From the NCBI RefSeq assembly GCF_006345805.1, contig NC_043011.1, positions 5,146,001 through 5,210,000 on the forward strand: DNA of 64,000 bases. Reading direction: 5' to 3'. The notes under the pieces were generated by a model. That model saw only the letters and a list, made by a program, of their open reading frames with translations, had not been told where the DNA came from and ran no database searches. The translations under genes and the position numbers were made by a program. Within the stretch, counting starts at the first letter, position 1. Every line of letters starts with the position of its first letter. This DNA comes from Octopus sinensis. Taxonomy: Eukaryota. Shown piece by piece: positions 35,575-46,833 of the stretch.

Positions 35575-35825
35575 TCTCCTGTATTTTTCTAACCACATTG
35601 GTGTCCAGAGGGCAGCTGATTTCCACAACAGAACTTATCTTCTTGTGGCCCTACACAAGAACATCTGACCAGTCATGTTTTAACTTGGAAGATGTTTTAA
35701 TTTTCAAGTACTACTTTTACTTTTTTGACCCATCGGTCAGAATGGAGTCAACGTTGGCTGGCGGTGTTTTGTTTTTTGCTCTTTTGTTTCAGACCGTTCT
35801 TGCCACCACATCATGTCTCCTGGAA
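35575..35825 (-). mobile_element. RLE-type LINE fragment
   Basis: HDWSDVLV*GHKKISSVVEISCPLDTNVVRKIQEKE resembles the H.RPD....EISCP.D.N..K..EK endonuclease motif. Confidence 0.5.
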
Positions 35826-35900
35826 TGTATGTATGTATGTATGTATGTATGTATGTATGTATGTATGTATGTATGTATGTATGTATGTATGTATGTATGC

Positions 35901-35931
<31 letters not shown>

Positions 35932-37190
35932 TGTATGTATGTATGTATGTATGTATGTATGTATGTATGTATGTATGTATGTATGTATGTATGTATGTAT
36001 GTATGCATGTATGTATGTATGTATTCACGCATGCACGGATGTATGTATGTATGTATGTATGTATGTATGTATGTATGTATGTATGTATGTATGCATGTAT
36101 GTATGTATGTATGTATGTATGTATGCATGTATGTATGTATGTATGCATGTATGTATGTATTTATGTATGTATGTATGCATGTATGTATGTATGTATGTAT
36201 GTATGTATGTATGTATGTATGTATGTACGTATGTATGTATGTACGTATGTATGTATGTATGTACGTATGTATGTATGTATGTATGTATGTATGTACGTAC
36301 GTATGTATGTATGTATGTATGTATGTATGCATGCATGTATGTATGTATGTATGTATGTATGTATGTATGCATGCATGCATGTATGTATGTATGTATGTAT
36401 GTATGTATGTATGTATGTATGTATGTATGTATGTATGCATGTATGTATGTATGTATGCATGTATGTATGTATGTATGTATGTATGTACGTACGTATGTAT
36501 GTATGTATGTATGTATGTATGTATGTATGTATGTATGTATGTATGCATGTATGTATGTATGTATGTATGCATGTATGTATGTATGTATGCATGTATGTAT
36601 GTATCTATGTATGTATGCATGTATGTATGTATGTATGTATGTACGTATGTATGTATGTACGTATGTATGTACGTATGTATGTATGTACGTATGTATGTAT
36701 GTACGAATGTATGTATGTATGTATGTATGTATGTACGTATGTATGCATGTATGTATGCATGCATGTATGTATGTATGTATGTATGTGCGTGTGTGTACGT
36801 GTGTGTGTATACATGAAAATTGATAGGAGATAAGTAAATAGGCATGTACATATAAGTATGTAGACAGGTATGTATATATATCTTGTACGTTTCATACACG
36901 CGCGCGCATATGGTTGATAGGAAGATAGGTAGGTAGACAGGCAGGCAGGTGTGTATGTATGTATGTATGTATGTAGGTAGGTAGGTAGGTAGGTAGGTAG
37001 GTAGGTAGGCAAGTAGGTAGGTAGGATTGTAGGTAGGTAGGTAGGTAGGTAGGTAGGTAGGTAGGTAGGTAGGTAGGAGGTAGGTAGGTAGGCAGGCAGG
37101 TAGGTAGGTATGTATGTATGTAGGTAGGTAGGTAGGTAGGTAAGTAGGTAGGTAGGTAGGTAGGTAGGTAGGTGGGTAGGTAGGTAGGCA
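35826..37190. repeat. About 1 kb (ATGT)n array followed by a (GGTA)n array
   Basis: Direct reading; source of the long spurious MYVC/HTYI/LPTY ORFs. Confidence 0.97.
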
Positions 37191-37191
37191 A

Positions 37192-37815
37192 GGCGGCGAG
37201 CTGGCAGAGACGTTTGCACGCCGGGCGAAATGCTTTGCAGTATTTCGTCTGCCGTTAGGTTGTGAGTTCAAATTCCGCCGAGGTCGACTTTGTCTTTCAT
37301 CCTTTCGGGGTCGATAAATTAAGCACCAGTTACGCACTGGGGTCGATGTAATCGACTTAATACCTATGTCTATCCTTGTTTGCCCCTCTATGTTTAGCCC
37401 CTTGTGGGTAATAAAGAAATAGGTAGGTAGGTAGGTAGGTAGGTAGGTACCTATTTCTTTACTACCCACAAGGGGCTAAACACAGAGGAGACAAACAAGG
37501 ACAGACAAACGGATTAAGTCGATTATATCGACCCCAGTGCGTAACTGGTACTTAATTTATCGATCCCGAAAGGATGAAAGGTAAAGTCGACCTCGGCGGA
37601 ATTTGAACTCAGAACGTAACAGCAGACAAAATACCGCTAAGCATTTCGCCCGGCGTGCTAACGTTTCTGCCAGCTCGCCGCCGATTAAATAAGTACCAGT
37701 TACGCACTGGGGTCGGTATAATCGACTTAATCCGTTTGTCTGTCCTTGTTTGTCCTCTTGTGGGTAGTAAAGAAATAGGTAGGTAGGTAGGTAGGTAGGT
37801 AGGTAGGTAGGTAGG
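37192..37815. mobile_element. Three SINE B copies: plus 37192-37447, minus 37450-37682, plus partial 37684-37815
   Basis: Near-identical B bodies; the first two are tail-to-tail via (GGTA)n/gtaccta. Confidence 0.9.
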
Positions 37816-38530
37816 TTGGTGGGAAGATAGGTGTTGCCACGTGATGCGTCCTTGTTTTACAGTGCTCCTCTCCTTTTCGTCGATTTTTTTCGATGGCTGA
37901 AACGAAGGAACAGCGCACTTCTGTGAAATTCTGTTTTCTGCTGAGGAAAACTGCAGCCGAAACAGTTGCCATACTTCAAACAGCTTACAAGGACGTTGCC
38001 GTGAGCAAAACACAAGTTTACGAGTGTTTTTCATGCTTTATGAATGGCCACTTGTCGCGTGAAGACTAACCATCGACCTTCCGAATGAATGAAAACATCA
38101 TTAAAATTCATGAACTGATCTTGGAGGACCGTTACTGGACAATTGACAAACTTGCTGATATGATTGGAGTGTCATGAAGCTCCTGGCAAAAAAAAAAAAA
38201 TTTGAACGAGCGAGACATTGCGAATGAAAAGAGTAGCAGCGAAATTTGTGCCTCGCCAGCTCGTGAAAGATGAAAAGCAGTCACGACTGATGCGTGTTAT
38301 GAACTAAAAAAAAAAAAAAAAAACTGCTGGAAGTTGATCCAGACCTTTTTCGGAGGTCATAACTGGTAATGAAAGCTGGTGCTACGAAATTTGCAGATGT
38401 AGAAGAGACGATGATAAAAACGACGGAAGCGTAATCAAGGTGACTCTCGAGCTTCGTTTTACGCTTTATCCCAGGGTTCCAATACGATATCTTGATTTTG
38501 ACATGAGTGGCGTAATATTTTTACACTATA

Positions 38531-38762
38531 GGCGTCGAGCTGGCAGAATCGTTAGCACGCCGGGCGAAATGCTTAGCGGTATTTCGTCTGCCGCTACGTT
38601 CTGAGTTCAAATTCTGCCGAGGACGACTTTGCCTTTCATCCTTTCGGGGTCGATAAATTAAGTACCAGTGACGCACTGGGGGTCGATGTAATCGACTTAA
38701 TCCGTTTGTCTGTACTTGTTTGTCCCCTCTATGTTTAGCCCCTTGTGGGTAGTAATGAAATA
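38531..38762 (+). mobile_element. SINE family B, full length
   Basis: Matches the B consensus. Confidence 0.9.
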
Positions 38763-38979
38763 TATACCATATTTGAGGCAAAGATCATATAGGTGGTGTT
38801 AACCACGTCCCACCGGAGGATCGTGTGGTACCCTAGTTCGTATCACATCCTAGATACCATACGACCCACGGGTAGGTCGTGTGGAAATTTCAGAGATATT
38901 ACTATAACATGCATGCAAATTTTTGTTTCTTTCTCTTCAGGTCTATAATTTACAAATTAGCATAATCTAACTTATCAAA

Positions 38980-39283
38980 GTGGAGGCTCATGGCCTAGTG
39001 GTTAGTGTAGCGGACTCACGGTCGAGGGATCGCGGGTTCGAATCTCAGACCGAGCGATGTGTGTGTTTATGAGCGAAACACCTGAGCTCTACGCGGCCCG
39101 GAAGGAGGTAATGGCGAACTTCTGCTGACTCTTTTGCCACAACTTTCTCTCACTCTTTCCTCCTGCATCTTGCAGCTCACTTGCAACAGATCGGCGTCCC
39201 GTCCAGGTGGGGACCCTATACGCCAAGGAAACCGGGAAACCGGCCCTATGAGCCAGGCGTGGCTCGAGAAGGAACAAACAACA
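38980..39283 (+). mobile_element. SINE with D-type head and E-type tail, 11-bp TSD
   Basis: TSD aacttatcaaa (38969-38979, 39284-39294). Confidence 0.85.
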
Positions 39284-40344
39284 AACTTATCAAACCTAAA
39301 TATAAATTAGCAAAACCAGGCATTCATAAAGGACAAATAATTGGTATGCAACAAAATGATGGTGGCTAACAGACCACCACGACCCACCGGCAGAACATGT
39401 GGCAGCTAACGTATTAAAAGGCATCACTTCGCAAGAATTCCGGCACTGCTTCGAACAGTGGAAAACGCGTCTGGACCGATGCTTTGCTTCAAATGGAGAA
39501 TACTTTGAAGGCGATAAAAGTATAAGATTGTAAAAGTAAATGTATTAAATAATATTGCAAAATTCCGGTTTCTTTTGGGTACCCCCCCCCCACCATATAT
39601 ATGTTATGTTATGTGTATATGTGCGTGCGCGCTTATCTTTCACTGACCCAATTGGCTAAATATGCAAATATCGATGACTAGTGTAACCCGAACATGGATA
39701 TTATGTGGCATTTGGTCTGCTTGAGTTGTACAGACGGTCTCTTATCTCTTTCATTATTATAATTACAGTGAACTGGTGACTGACCGGACAGAAGCTGGTA
39801 CCATTGAGAACTAATAATACAATTTGTTCACAAAATGCAATTTATGATTTTAAAGTAATTTTAAGGATTTAAACTTTAGATATTGTTTCCAATATAGAAA
39901 CTGGCCACAGTTATTAGTACAGAGTTTTCGTGGGAGATACTACTATATGATTCGTAATAGAAGACAAGACTGTAGCGTAGCAAGAGTGAGGAGCTGGTCC
40001 ACTCCGGGCGACGTTTTGGGGATTTGCTGGGGATTTGGGGAACAGGGAAGAAGCAAACTAAAGGACTGCCTGGGGCGGCACCACACGCTTTAGCCACGCC
40101 ACTGATGAATGAGACAGGAGGGCCTGAGTGGCGGCATCACAAGATCAGCCAACTGAGAGTAGCTGAGGACACGGAGTTTTGGTAGAAAATGCAAAGACAG
40201 GAGACAACAGATTATAACGTATAAGGAGAGTGCATTGCCCGGAGGCGAAATTTTTTTCCCACGAGAGTTCCGGACCCCAGTAATGAACTCATTTGTATAC
40301 AGCCAATCAGAGCTCACTTTGACCTTGTTGTCAAGTTAACAAAC

Positions 40345-40935
40345 ACACTCTACCAAGGTCAAACTATTTTGACCTACGTAGTCTCCATCACCCACCACAT
40401 TTGAGAACATAGATTAAGTTCTTCGATGCACAGGTGAAGTGATTCTTATGGTAAAAGTTTGATCCAACTTAAATTTGTATTTTGAGACCTCTAAGAGGAA
40501 GATGCAACTCCCGCAGTTAGGGCGGTTGCCCTTTTTGACTAGTGTGGTCGTATTTTTGATGGGTAATTTGGCGCTGGTGAGTAACTTTTTTTAGGGATTG
40601 CGGTTGTCTCTTGCTTTTAATAATCCTATGTGTTTCTACTGCCTTTTTCATTCGCAGGTCATTCCTAAGGAGGGGTATATTTTAGTGGATGATCTGGTAT
40701 GCTTCCATATTGCTCGGATTTTCAGCAACAAATTTTCCTATATTTTTTCCTGCGTGGAAATACACCCCTTCTTTTGTTATATATATATAGGTCATCAGCG
40801 TCACTCGGACTCATCACAGATTTCGCATGAGACACCTGTCTGCTCGAAGAATTTCATGTTTTTCCGCTTTATTTCTAGCTTCAAGTGGCTAATTTTTTAT
40901 ATCTCGTACTGTCTTTCTCCATTTCTAAGTTAAGG
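40345..40935 (-). mobile_element. Penelope-like element remnant: RT C-terminus, Cys linker, GIY-YIG endonuclease start
   Basis: Frameshifted ...KKLLTSAKL...VKKGNRPNCGSC...HFTCASKNLIYVLKCGG..YVGQ.SLTL matches the PLE C..C..C / TC.S.NLIY.I.C..C...YIGQT pattern. Confidence 0.75.
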
Positions 40936-41648
40936 GTTAAAATAAGGCAACCCTGCAAAACACAACTGATCTTCACACACAGACGCACAGAATAACAGCA
41001 ATCAAATAACGACAGCGAAGTGCACAACAATCATCAGCGATCTGACTGTCGCCTGTACTCTTGACAAGAGATGCCAGTTAGTTCTTTTACACCTACCAGA
41101 CTCGTCCGTATTAGCCCGAGTTGCTGGATAAATTTTCGTTCTTTTAAGAATTTTCGTTGCTTTAAGATTGGAATTTAAATCCTAATCTCTATACAAATTT
41201 ATTGTTTCTAGAAAACTTTGACTTTGAATTACTTTTAATTCTTACGATTATAGATAACAACTCGGGCTGTAACTTCTGAGCCCGAGTCAGGTGCGTGTGA
41301 ACGATGTTGAAAGAACGTCTGCTACGAATAATACTTTTTGACACAGGACACTTCTAAGACACCACCAGACGAAAATAAATGAACTGCGACCAGGCTCAAT
41401 AAAAGGAGCCCGAGTATTTGGCTGAAATTACATACTTGAAGTCAGTGTTTGTAGAAATTATATCAGCTTACAAATACACGTTCATTTTACTAAATTTATA
41501 CTCGAGTGCCGGAGTCGCCAGTGATATATATATATAAGCTAAAGAGGAAAACAATTAATCAAGGCAGGACAATGGCATTTAAATTCATTTAGTTTATTTT
41601 GAGAGTTAATGCTAATGCAATGTAGGTAGAATTTATATATATATATAT

Positions 41649-41679
<31 letters not shown>

Positions 41680-41784
41680 ATATAATATTATATTATATTA
41701 TATTATATTATATTATATTATATTATATATATATATATATTATATATATTATATATATATATAATATTATATTATATATTATAT

Positions 41785-41846
<62 letters not shown>

Positions 41847-41878
41847 CACACACACACACCACACACACACACACACAC

Positions 41879-42190
<312 letters not shown>

Positions 42191-42202
42191 GATTAACTTT
42201 AT

Positions 42203-42273
<71 letters not shown>

Positions 42274-42274
42274 A

Positions 42275-42440
42275 TATATATTATATTATATTAAGGACTA
42301 TTACTATAATTAAGGCCTCACGCAGTAATGAGACGCTAAAGTCAAACTACTTCAATAAATATACACAGTAGTTTGACTTTAGAGTCCCATTACTGCGTGA
42401 GGCCTTATAGTAATAGCCCTTAATATAATATAATATAATA
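42275..42440. repeat. Long inverted repeat (41-bp core with 2 mismatches, extending into AT-rich arms)
   Basis: taaggcctcacgcagtaatgagacgctaaagtcaaactact (42311-42351) versus 42367-42407. Confidence 0.9.
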
Positions 42441-42539
42441 AAATATAATATAATATAATATAGATATATATATGTATATATAATATATTATATTATATTT
42501 AAAGAAAAATTATATACTTTGTATTAATTATTCCTAAAT

Positions 42540-43823
42540 TGGTTTTCCACGCTGGCTACTTGATAAATCTTACATCCCCTCCCTCCCAGTCTTCCACCAC
42601 CCCCACCAACCTTCCTACTTCTGTCCCATCCACCCCTTCTCCACTTCAGTCTGTTGTCACCATTCCTCTAGTTCTTCTCCTCTCTGAGGTGGAGCGCTCC
42701 CTCCTCAGTAGAGTTCTGCGCTTCATCTTCCTCACTCCATCCAGCAACGAATTTCGGACTCGTGCCGATATCCACAGCTTTGTGCGCTGCGTTATGTTGC
42801 GTGCGCTTTTCCGCGACACTCCACTTGCATCTAATGAGGAGGACTGCTTCACCGACCTGAGCAGCCGACCATCTCAGTGGACGCCAGCTCCTGGCCAGTT
42901 CCAAGCAGTCGACCTTTTTGCGGGCGCTTGCCAGCGTGCTGTGGACCAGTTTACTTTTCCAAGCATCTCCGACATCTGAACATCTCCCCAGCCGAACTCT
43001 CGGCCCTTCGATGTCTCCGATACTGCACGGACATCATAAAACCAGCCGACAAGAGTGGAACCGTGGTGGTGTGGCGCGCGGGCCTCTACACATGTCTCTG
43101 TTCGGATTGTCCTTGCACAGGGGCCATCCGGACTCCCGTCTTCGCCGTGAGCAGGGATCAATCTTTTCTCTTCGCTCCTTTGGGCTCAACTATCCTCCTT
43201 TCTTCATCTAATCCTCCTTCTCTCTTCCTCTCACACGTACTTCCTCCCATCCACCTCTCCTCTCTTGCTCTGGCCCCTACTTTCTCTCTTCACTCCTACC
43301 CACCTTCTCTCTTCAACCCTCTCCCTTCATCGTCACCTCCTCTTTCGTTACTCCACCCCTACACATTCCAACCTACCATCCCTATACATCCCATCCTACC
43401 CCCACCACATTCCTTAGACCCCACCTTTGCTTCCCCCAGTCTCGCCTCCTTCACACCCCAACATCACCACACCACACACCACCACAACACCATACCACAC
43501 ACCACCACACCACGCACGCTACACCACCACACCACACCACATCACACCACTCCGCACACACTAGCTCTGACCACTTCCGAGCACCTACACAATCGTCCAC
43601 ACACCTACACATGCACACACGCACACGTCAATGTCACCAGCCCCCTTCCACACGCACATACACGCACGCGCACCTTCGTTTTGGGATCACCACTACTTTA
43701 TTATCTCCCCGTCTTCCTAGCTCTCCTGGGTGACCCCTCTATGTTCCTTTCTGTCGAAGACTTTCTCACTTCCTGAGCGTTAAACTAATAATACATATGT
43801 TTGTTGTTTACACACCCGTCTCC

Positions 43824-43830
<7 letters not shown>
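42540..43830 (+). mobile_element. Internally deleted Penelope-like element
   Basis: N-terminal LSEVERSLLSRVLRF...NISPAELSALRCLRY..IIKPADKSGTVVVWRAGLY is joined to the endonuclease end DSRLRREQGSIFSLRSFGLN, then a pyrimidine-rich 3' region and pLTR remnant. Confidence 0.8.
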
Positions 43831-43867
<37 letters not shown>

Positions 43868-44039
43868 CATATAATTTCTTGCATACTGAAATGTGTGTGC
43901 GTGTGCGCGTGTGTGTCTGTATGTGTGTGTGTGTGCGTGTGTGTGTGTGCGTGCGTGTGTATGTGTGTCTGTATGTATATTTGTATGCATGTATGAATGT
44001 ATGTATGTATGTATGTATGTATAGATAGATAGATCGATC

Positions 44040-44080
<41 letters not shown>

Positions 44081-44954
44081 AGTCCTTGGTTATTGCGTAA
44101 TTAAAAACGTTTCACAGTCTATACAGGAAACTTGTATCTGCTCTAGGTTTCATTAAACAATTGTCTTGTAAAGAAATAAGCTTAACAGTATATTGTTATT
44201 CTAATGAAATGCATATTAATCTAAGATCCTTGTAATCGGATTACATATATGCTATTAGTCACTGGTGGCTACAACAGCAACAAAACTACCACCATACTGT
44301 TAATGGGCCAGTCTATCTGCTTGCCAAAACTTGAGAGTTTATTTCATATTACAAATAGGTCATTACATCGGTGGAGAAGGCTTACTGAATTATAAAGAGA
44401 TTGTTGTTTAGATCGGGGACAGTTCTGATTAAGCAGACCTGTGATCATAGGTGTTTCAGTCAGGATTCACCGGTCCAATGCGTCCTTCTGTTTTGTAAGA
44501 CGGTAGGATGTGATTTGATTGAGTTTGGTTGCTATGTCTAACAGGTCAACTAACTGAATAGATCCTTCTTTTTCGGGTCGATTGATAATAGGCACCATGG
44601 TTAGGTGCAGTTCATTGAAGTACGTAATAAACATACTTTGAAAATTGATGAGCATTTCATCGATATCACTGTATCGATCTAGCCATCGCGTGTGGTCATA
44701 CACTGCTGGTTCCAATACGTTTTATAGCATTGTTGTAACTTTCAGATGATGCCACGCCGCTGGTAAACACTCCCCTTGAACGGAAGGCTAGTCCGTCTCA
44801 GGGTTTCCCTTTTACAGCTGAGTGGACTGGAGCAACGATGTGAGGGCACGTGACCTTGTGGTTAGGGCTATGTATTTGTGAATTAGAATTCTTGCACAGC
44901 ATTGAAATGGTCTCTCTTTTTGGACTGTTAGGATACTGGTAAAGATTTTGCCTT

Positions 44955-44964
44955 GATCTACCAG

Positions 44965-45020
<56 letters not shown>

Positions 45021-45130
45021 TATCATCAACATCATCATCAGCATCATTACTACCGTCGTTGTCGCTATCATCATCATCGTTATAATCACTGTGGTCTTCA
45101 TCGATGATGCTGATATGATTATCATCATTT
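44955..45130. repeat. (ATC)n microsatellite
   Basis: Direct reading. Confidence 0.95.
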
Positions 45131-45421
45131 CAGCGTTTGTTCTTCCACGTAAGATATGGCTCAGACAGGGGTGCAACATATCAGGTTTTACATTTATTTA
45201 TGAACCATGATGCTTTGATGTCTCATTTGCGAAACCCTTTTTTTATTTCCCCCGATTTTTTTTTCTTTGGTTTACCTTCACCATAGAGCAGCTGTCTCTA
45301 AACACTTTTGCACCACAGACCAGTTTCGTGCAAGACAATTTTGCCACAGACCAGGGAGTCATGCGCTTAAAAAATATGCACTTTACTGCATAATATATAA
45401 TTCAATTATTACATATAACGC

Positions 45422-45672
45422 GGAGGCGCGTGGCTTAGTGCTTAGGGTGTCAGCATCATGATCGTAAGATTGTGGTTTCGATTCCTGGACCGGGCGGTGC
45501 GTTGTGTTCCTGAGCAAAACACTTCATTTCACGTTGTTCCAGTCCACTCAGCTGGCAAAAATGAGTAACGCTGCGATGGACCGGCGTCCCGTCCAGCTGG
45601 GGAACACATACGTCATAGAAACCGGGAAACCGGGCCCATGAGCCTGGCTAGGCTTTAAAAGGGCGCATTTAT
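45422..45672 (+). mobile_element. SINE family E (tRNA head + CORE-like domain)
   Basis: ttgtgttcctgagcaaaacacttcatttcacgttgttccagtccactcagctggcaaaaatgagta resembles the CORE domain. A tail-only copy lies at 54555-54665. Confidence 0.75.
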
Positions 45673-46044
45673 TTTATTATTACATAACACACACACACAC
45701 ACACACACACAAGTTCGTGAGAAGGGATAAGTGGATTACATTGAGCCTAGTACTTATTTTATCGGCCCCGAAAGGTTGAAAAGCAAAGTCAACCTCGGCG
45801 GAATTTGAATCCAGAACGCAAAGACGGATGAAATGCCGCTAAGCATTTTGTTCAGTGCGATAACGATTCTGCCATCTCACCGCCTTCCCTTTGCACAAAA
45901 TATTCAATTGCAACCAAAGTCTCGAGCTATTAGAAATTACAATTAAATCTCTTACAAATCACGTATACTACTGTCTTTAAAACACCAAGACTCTGCTGGG
46001 TAATGGAGTCATAAATACACGCTGTCTAAAATAACCAATTAGAT

Positions 46045-46325
46045 CAGTGGTTCTCAACATGGGCTCATATGGGCCTTGGTGGGGTTCATATAAGATTTTG
46101 TAAAAATTTATGTCCAATAAATTTGGTTATATTTCTACAATACCCAAAATATTTTAACAGTAGGCGTAGGAGCGGCTGGGTGGTAAGTAGCTTGCTTATG
46201 AACCACATGGTTCCGGGTTCAGTCCTACTGTATGGCACCTTGGGCAAGTGTCTTCTACTATAGCCTCGGGCCGACCAAAGCCTTGTGAGTGGATTTGGCA
46301 GACGGAAACTGAAACAAGCCCGTCG

Positions 46326-46356
<31 letters not shown>

Positions 46357-46825
46357 AGAATTCCCGAAGAAAAAACAAAAGACGAAGACAGGTGGGGTAG
46401 AAAACAAACAGATATATTAGTATAACGCTCGGGAATTGAAAAAGTCTTTAACGTTTCGAGCCTATATATATATATATATATATGTATGTGTCAATATGCT
46501 TGTGTATCTGTGTTTGTCCCCCCAAAGTCGCTTGACAACCGACGCTGGTGTGTTGACGTCCCCGTAACTTAACGGTTCGGCAAAAGAGACCGATAGAATG
46601 AGTACTAGGCTTACAAAGAATAAGTCCTGCGGTCGATTTGCTCGACTAAAAGCGGTGCTCCAGCATGGCAACAGTCAAATGACTGAAACATGTAAAAGAG
46701 TGTTTTTATACAATTCTTAATTAATATTTGATTATAAAAATATATGATTTTTTTAAACATCGAATGACTGAGAGGGTCTGTCTGAGTAAAAGGGGAACCA
46801 AAGGGTTCATAGAAGAGAATCAATG
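46045..46825. mobile_element. hAT-type MITE interrupted by SINE A and a PLE pLTR fragment
   Basis: cagtggttctc / gagaatcaatg ends (9/11 complementary); flanks aattagat / ggttagat. Confidence 0.6.
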
Positions 46826-46833
46826 GGTTAGAT

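Larger units (their letters stand above)
37826..39592 (+). mobile_element. Deleted mariner (copy 2 of the 649-1545 family), split by an insertion at about 38432-39411
   Basis: MAETKEQRTSVKFCFLLRKT...; same internal junction as copy 1; right TIR ttccggtttcttttgggtacccc; left TIR not seen. Confidence 0.85.

Noticed and set aside
35598-37469. Long ORFs of 300-550 aa (MYVC/HTYI/LPTY repeats), and similar ORFs at 3.4-4.0 kb and 7.2-7.8 kb
   Set aside because: Translations of stop-free microsatellites, with no splice or homology evidence.
39885-40340. Second solo LTR (TGTT..AACA ends, CCAAT box)
   Set aside because: No target-site duplication found.
44467-44724. 82-aa minus ORF as a host exon
   Set aside because: No acceptor with a pyrimidine tract. 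It weakly resembles decayed PLE RT motifs (W.RY.D.., LN.LH.., E.EGS...LDI), too faint to annotate.
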